Below are positions 59,175-64,000 of a stretch of 64,000 nucleotides of DNA, piece after piece (the first letter of the stretch is position 1; each line of letters begins with the position of its first letter). This DNA comes from Polyangiaceae bacterium (GTDB lineage: Bacteria > Myxococcota_A > Polyangia > Polyangiales > Polyangiaceae), in assembly GCA_044222475.1 (NCBI GenBank), contig JBGANF010000012.1:39309-103308 (forward strand), written 5' to 3'. The position numbers and the translations under genes are program-made. The notes below the pieces were generated by a model, which had not been told where the DNA came from, made no database searches, and saw only the letters and a list, made by a program, of their open reading frames with translations.

Positions 59175-61510
59175 GTCACCTCGAGATTCGGAAACAAGTC
59201 GGCGTACCGGGCCATCAAATGAGCGAGAGCTCGTTGCGATACTTCGGGTCCGAGGACGCTACCGAGAAGGTCGCGGACCTGGCGTGCTGGCGACGGGTTC
59301 AGTCCTTCGAGCTGCGGAAGGAGAAAGAGCTCCATCGCCTCGCTGAGACCGTCGGCATCGGTGCGACGTCGCGAGTACCGAACGATGTCGAGGGCGATCG
59401 CTGGGCCCACCGCACGATGTTCCAGGAGGCCCTTCGAAGAGAAGAATGCCTTCAGGCGACCCAGCGTCTCGTCCGCGAGGGGCGGATCGGCTCCTTCCTT
59501 CTTGGCCGCGACGGCAAGCAAGTTGGCGAACGCCGTGTCGTCAGGCACGTCGACATGGAGGATCGCGAATCGCCGTTGGAGAGCGTACGACAACCGAAAG
59601 AGGGAGGTCTTGTCCCATGTGTTCATCGTCGCCAATAGGCGGAACGTCGGCGCGATCGGATGGGTCCAGCCGCCGACCGGTTCGGAGCTGTCGCCGACGC
59701 GACCGAAGCTCAACGAGCGACCACCGTCGAGCTTGAACGAGGTCGTGACGCCACGTCCGGCGAGGACGGTCATGAGCTCGCCGAAAGCCTTGTCCACATC
59801 GGCGCGGTTCAGCTCGTCGATGATGAGCCACTGGTTCTTCTCGACTGCGGATGCAAAGACCCCGGGCCGAAAGATCATCCTCTCGCGACCGTCCGTGGGT
59901 TCGAGCGCGTAGCCCCCGATCGTGTCGAACGTGGTCCAATCGGCGGACGCGGTGACCATGGCGTAGTCGTCGGCGTAGTCGTCGGCGCGCGCGGCTGCGG
60001 CAAGCGCGACGGCCAGCTCGGTTTTTCCGGTCCCAGGCGGACCGACGAGCAGCAGGTGGTGACCGACGGAGAGGGCGGCGCTCGCCATGCTGATCAGGCG
60101 GGGTGAAAGCGCGAGACCACCGAGATGCCGTTCGACGTGCTTGGGTAGAAGCTCGACCGTGAGTGTCGGCGGAAGCGATTCGGCTGCAGCGTCGGGTGGC
60201 TCGACCGGCGTGGGCTCCTCCTTGCTCGCGTCGTCGAGCGCTGCCCAAATCGCCGCTCGCTCACTCGAGTACTTGCGCAGAACGCGTTCGCCGAGCGCCG
60301 TGAGAGTGTCTCCGTCGTCGCGGTCGGTGAGCCCAAGTGAAAGAAGCCAGTTCCGGCGAAACGATGCCTGATTGGCCGTGCGCCATTTCGCTCCGAGAGT
60401 CCGCTGGAGCAGCTCGTTCGTTCGTCGACCCGCGATAGGAGCAAAGCGACTCGTGATCACCAGCGTTTCGACGAAACCGGTGAACGTCGATTGGAGGAGG
60501 TCGAACAGGTACTCGGCTCGTGCATCGCCGACGAGCTGCAGGAAGGTCAGCCCATGGCTCGTGACTTCGAGATGGTCGTCGACCCAAGCCGCGACGCCAA
60601 TGTTGGTCATCAAGTTGATGTAGCCGGCGAGACTCGTGCTCCCGGTGACGCCGAAGCGGTCCCTGAAGAACTCCGTGACATCGGTTCGATCGCGCGGCTC
60701 TTCCAGGAGCCACCCGAGGATCACTTCCAGCGAGCCCATGTACGAGCGCACGCCACCCGGCAACGGCCAAACGCCAGCGTGTCGCTCGTCGCCAGTGGAT
60801 TCGGTCGGTGCCGCACCGCTCGCGCCAGAAGTCGGCGGTACCGGCGTGGCGATCGAAAAAACCTGAGCGCCCTCGACCAGCGTCGGATCGGTGCGCGCGA
60901 AATACGGCATCTTGATGAGCGCCGTCAGGATGATGTTTCGCAGGGCGTCGTCCGCGGACGGGAGGGGCGTCGAATCGGGGGGGATCAACGCGAACAAGCG
61001 GACCGACTTTCCCTTGAACTCGAGACCGTGCTCGGCCAGTCGACGCCGCTGGTCTTCTTTCAGCTGATCGATGGCGCGCCCCTCCTCGCCTTCTCGAGTG
61101 AAGACCGTTGCGTGACCAACCACTTCGCAGCGCGATCCATCCGCCACCTTCGTCAGCAGGCTCGGAAGGGTGACCCAGATGAGCTGCTGCTGGGACTTCG
61201 TCTGCCGGCTCATGAGAGTCGCCTCGAGCCCCACCAGGCCGCGGTACTTCCCATTGTTCGCGACGGAGGCCCGGACCTCGATCCGTGCCTTGCCGGTCGG
61301 CCATGTCGCTTCGATGCGCAGGGGCGGCGGCCACGGGCCGTCGACTGGGAGACTCACCCCCTCGACCTCGCGCGGATAGGTCGCGTTCTCGTCGCGGCGA
61401 ACGTCGAGGGCGACGTTCACGCCGCCGATCGTGACGGCGGTAGGGGTGGCGCCGGCGAGGATGGATTTCAAGGCGTGAAACGCGATCTTGTTGCCGTCGG
61501 TGCGAGGCAT
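59171..61510 (-). CDS. McrB-like AAA+ GTPase/ATPase with long N-terminal region
   Basis: GPPGTGKT, IIDELNRAD, TMNTWD (NxxD), ALQRRF; alternative TTG start at 61579. Confidence 0.9.
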   Translation of the reverse strand: MPRTDGNKIAFHALKSILAGATPTAVTIGGVNVALDVRRDENATYPREVEGVSLPVDGPWPPPLRIEATWPTGKARIEVRASVANNGKYRGLVGLEATLMSRQTKSQQQLIWVTLPSLLTKVADGSRCEVVGHATVFTREGEEGRAIDQLKEDQRRRLAEHGLEFKGKSVRLFALIPPDSTPLPSADDALRNIILTALIKMPYFARTDPTLVEGAQVFSIATPVPPTSGASGAAPTESTGDERHAGVWPLPGGVRSYMGSLEVILGWLLEEPRDRTDVTEFFRDRFGVTGSTSLAGYINLMTNIGVAAWVDDHLEVTSHGLTFLQLVGDARAEYLFDLLQSTFTGFVETLVITSRFAPIAGRRTNELLQRTLGAKWRTANQASFRRNWLLSLGLTDRDDGDTLTALGERVLRKYSSERAAIWAALDDASKEEPTPVEPPDAAAESLPPTLTVELLPKHVERHLGGLALSPRLISMASAALSVGHHLLLVGPPGTGKTELAVALAAAARADDYADDYAMVTASADWTTFDTIGGYALEPTDGRERMIFRPGVFASAVEKNQWLIIDELNRADVDKAFGELMTVLAGRGVTTSFKLDGGRSLSFGRVGDSSEPVGGWTHPIAPTFRLLATMNTWDKTSLFRLSYALQRRFAILHVDVPDDTAFANLLAVAAKKEGADPPLADETLGRLKAFFSSKGLLEHRAVGPAIALDIVRYSRRRTDADGLSEAMELFLLPQLEGLNPSPARQVRDLLGSVLGPEVSQRALAHLMARYADLFPNLEVT

Positions 61511-61801
61511 GTGGTCGCGAGCGTATCGCTCGCAACATGGAAGCGCGGCGAAATCTCCCCATCCGTTCCAGAACGTCAATGGCGCGGGCGGCGGACTCCT
61601 GAGGCGCCCGCGCGATCTCCATCCGAAGCCCGAGCGCCTCGACTATAGCGGTCGTTTCATCGAGTCGTTCGCAAGCGACTTATCGAGTCAGCCTCAACGA
61701 CCCCGCGAGCAATCTGAGCACGTGGCCGAGCACGGCTGTGAGCCACTCCCATGCACTGAGGCGGGCGCACCTAGATCTCCTCCTTCCTTCCCTCGGCGAC
61801 G

Positions 61802-61832
61802 GGTTTGAGGTCACAATTTGTGACCTCAAACC
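61802..61832. promoter_or_regulatory. 31-bp palindrome (15-1-15)
   Basis: GGTTTGAGGTCACAA-T-TTGTGACCTCAAACC. Confidence 0.7.
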
Positions 61833-61893
61833 TCGATACGCCCAACACCACGAGCGACGACGATCGCCAATCCAGCCTGATTCCCCACCCCCC

Positions 61894-61921
61894 GCAAAAA
61901 TACCGGCGCCGGTATTTTTGC
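61894..61921. promoter_or_regulatory. 28-bp perfect palindrome
   Basis: GCAAAAATACCGGC-GCCGGTATTTTTGC, 18 nt before ATG 61940. Confidence 0.7.
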
Positions 61922-61939
61922 TCGGTTAGCCTCCCTCCC

Positions 61940-62635
61940 ATGCCGAAGTCGGGCCGCCCCACCGCGTTGGACCGCGCAGAGCACGGCGAGAAGCCGGTCG
62001 CTCTCGACGCTTCCCAGAAGGCCCTCCTCGCCGACGCCATCCGCGAAGGGACCGCGCTCGCGGAGAAGATGGAGACCGAGGTGATGGCGTACGGCCGCTT
62101 CCTCCTCTCCAAGGTCTTCGCCGACGACACGACCGCCGCGCTCGACGACAAGAACAAGAACCCCGTCTGGCTGGAGCTCGTGCGCCGCGCCGGTGGGCCG
62201 ACGTTGCGCCTCGGCCGCCGCGCGCTCTACGTGTGCGTAAAGCTCGCCGCGTGGGACAAGCGCATCCAAGACGACACGTTCGACCGCCTCGACGCCGGTC
62301 GCAAGGAGCTGCTCCTGCCCCTCGCCGACGGCAAGCGCATGCGCGAGGCCGCGAACCACGTCTCCAAGTTGAAGCTCACGCAGACGGACACGAAGCAGTA
62401 CGTCACGTCGCTCCTCGAGGACGACGGGAAGTCGCGCCAGGTGCGCCTCACGCCCAGCGGGCTCGCGGGCCGCGCGCGGAAGCTGCACGACTCGCTCTCG
62501 GGAGCGGCCGTGCTGCGTCAAGTGCGGCGGCTCCACGCCGACATGGAGCCCGCGGAGCGCAACGAGGTCGCCGGAGAGATCGAGAAGCTCCGCGATCTCC
62601 TCGGCGAGATCGCGCGCACACTGAAGAAGGGCTGA
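61940..62635 (+). CDS. Hypothetical helical, basic protein (possible DNA-binding)
   Basis: 231 aa, strong high-GC3 coding pattern; stop overlaps the next ATG. Confidence 0.75.
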   Translation: MPKSGRPTALDRAEHGEKPVALDASQKALLADAIREGTALAEKMETEVMAYGRFLLSKVFADDTTAALDDKNKNPVWLELVRRAGGPTLRLGRRALYVCVKLAAWDKRIQDDTFDRLDAGRKELLLPLADGKRMREAANHVSKLKLTQTDTKQYVTSLLEDDGKSRQVRLTPSGLAGRARKLHDSLSGAAVLRQVRRLHADMEPAERNEVAGEIEKLRDLLGEIARTLKKG

Positions 62636-63357
62636 TGGCGGATCAGGCGCGCTGCGTCGTGTGCGCGGTAGTGAAGAACGGTTGGCGGTGCGTCGCCGCG
62701 AACGGTCACATCTGCCGCGCGTGCTACCGGCGCGAGTACGCACCGCGTGAGATCTGTGGGGTGTGCCGAGAGCGCAAGATCGTCAACGCGCGGCCGGATG
62801 ACGTGCCGCACTGCGAGGCTTGCTACAAGCGCATCCTCAACCGTGCGCCGTGCGTGTTCTGCAAGACGTCCCGCACGGTGCACGGGCGAGACGAGAAGAA
62901 GCGACCCGTGTGCCTGGACTGCTACGAGAGACACCTGCAGAAGCCCGAGCGCTGCCTGTTCTGCGAAGAGACGAAGGCGTGCTCGTATCGTGCTCCCACG
63001 GGGGAGGCGATCTGCCGCCCGTGTTACCAGCGCGAGCTGCTCCAGGCGGTGTGCATCGACTGCGGGTCGATGGCGCACGTCGCAGCGCGCACGACCCGAG
63101 ACGAGCCGCTGTGCCATCACTGCAGCTTCGAACGACGTACGCCCGAGCGATGTCCGCTGTGCCGCGAGCTGGAGCCGCTGCTCGACTGCAAGAACGGCGA
63201 GAGGATCTGCCAGCCGTGCTGGCGAAAGCACCGGACGCCGCAGGAGACCTGCGCGACGTGCGGAGCGGTGGAGCGGGTCGCGACGTGGCTGACGCCGTCG
63301 CGGCCCATCTGTCCCAACTGCTGGGCACGACGGCGCCGGGCGAGCGGTGCGGCGTGA
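62635..63357 (+). CDS. Multi-zinc-finger protein (14 CxxC, about 7 fingers)
   Basis: Regular CxxC-x(~14)-CxxC(Y/W) repeats. Confidence 0.8.
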   Translation: MADQARCVVCAVVKNGWRCVAANGHICRACYRREYAPREICGVCRERKIVNARPDDVPHCEACYKRILNRAPCVFCKTSRTVHGRDEKKRPVCLDCYERHLQKPERCLFCEETKACSYRAPTGEAICRPCYQRELLQAVCIDCGSMAHVAARTTRDEPLCHHCSFERRTPERCPLCRELEPLLDCKNGERICQPCWRKHRTPQETCATCGAVERVATWLTPSRPICPNCWARRRRASGAA

Positions 63358-63747
63358 TTACGCGCCGCGCAGCCGAGCGACCTCCGCGGCGACGCGCCGC
63401 GCGGCGGCCGGGGGATTGCGCATGATCTCGCGCGCGGAGAAGCGAAGGACGGAGTAGCCGAGGAGCTCCAGGTCGGCCTGACGACGCGCATCGGCGAGCT
63501 CGCGGCCGTCGTGGACGGAGCCGTCGATCTCGACGACGAGCCGAACGCACGGGACGACGAAGTCGGGGATGTACGGTCCGACGACGGGCTGGCGCTTCGT
63601 GCGGAAGCCGAACGCATCGCGGCGCCGCAGAAGGTCCCACAGCGCCGCCTCCGACGGAGTGGGCTCGCGCCGCATGCTCCGGGCGTGCTCCAGCTGGTGA
63701 TGGCGACGGTAGTGAGAGAGGGGAACGGCGAGGCGAGAGCGGGTCAT
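63358..63747 (-). CDS. DUF559 (Vsr-like) endonuclease
   Basis: ARSMRREPTPSEAALW..KRQ..GPYIPDF..VEIDGSVH..DARR..L..LGYSVLRF. Confidence 0.9.
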   Translation of the reverse strand: MTRSRLAVPLSHYRRHHQLEHARSMRREPTPSEAALWDLLRRRDAFGFRTKRQPVVGPYIPDFVVPCVRLVVEIDGSVHDGRELADARRQADLELLGYSVLRFSAREIMRNPPAAARRVAAEVARLRGA

Positions 63748-63753
63748 GGGCGA

Positions 63754-63911
63754 GGCTCCTTCGGCTGCGCCACCGCGGCGCGGCGAAGCTTTCCGCGAGA
63801 AAGGCGTGACGCGGCCCCGACCACGGCGGGTTTCGTCGTGGACGTCGTGGGTCCGCGGCACGACTTTCTCGCTCCGCGAAGACGCGCCGCGGTGGCGCAG
63901 CCGAAGGAGCC
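63754..63911. repeat. ~158-nt long hairpin with 29-bp perfect outer arms
   Basis: 63754-63782 is the exact reverse complement of 63883-63911; inner arms GCGAGAAAG/CTTTCTCGC also pair. Confidence 0.9.
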
Positions 63912-64000
63912 GAGTGAGCCGCGAGCGTCGAGCCGTTCGCGCGGTCCGTCCCAAGCACCGGAAGCGTTGGCCGGCTAACGATTGCCGGAAGCGGAAGTGG

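Overview
High-GC (~70%) bacterial DNA with a gene set typical of Myxococcota (Polyangiaceae-like; inferred from two Ser/Thr kinase-PEGA-lipoprotein clusters and many Cys-rich or beta-propeller lipoproteins). Bases 1-47000 hold ordinary metabolic, signalling and envelope genes. They are interspersed with a family of 199-bp nested-palindrome (REP/REPIN-like) repeats: three full copies plus derived and collapsed forms. Bases ~47100-64000 form an accessory defence island. It carries an AlbA_2 protein, a PIN plus excisionase-HTH pair, an Mrr-like nuclease and a serine-recombinase remnant. Its core is a tightly coupled minus-strand four-gene operon: McrB-like AAA+ NTPase, McrC-like PD-(D/E)xK nuclease, MmeI-like type IIG m6A methyltransferase with an apparently degenerate nuclease motif and a low-GC target recognition domain (TRD), and a 1090-aa protein fusing three zinc ribbons, an SNF2-like helicase and an Rrp8-like methyltransferase. 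This operon is the best candidate for an undescribed system. The right end has two long palindromes, a 7-zinc-finger protein and a DUF559 nuclease preceded by a ~158-nt hairpin. All family calls come from motif recognition by eye, not database searches. No rRNA, tRNA or CRISPR array was seen.
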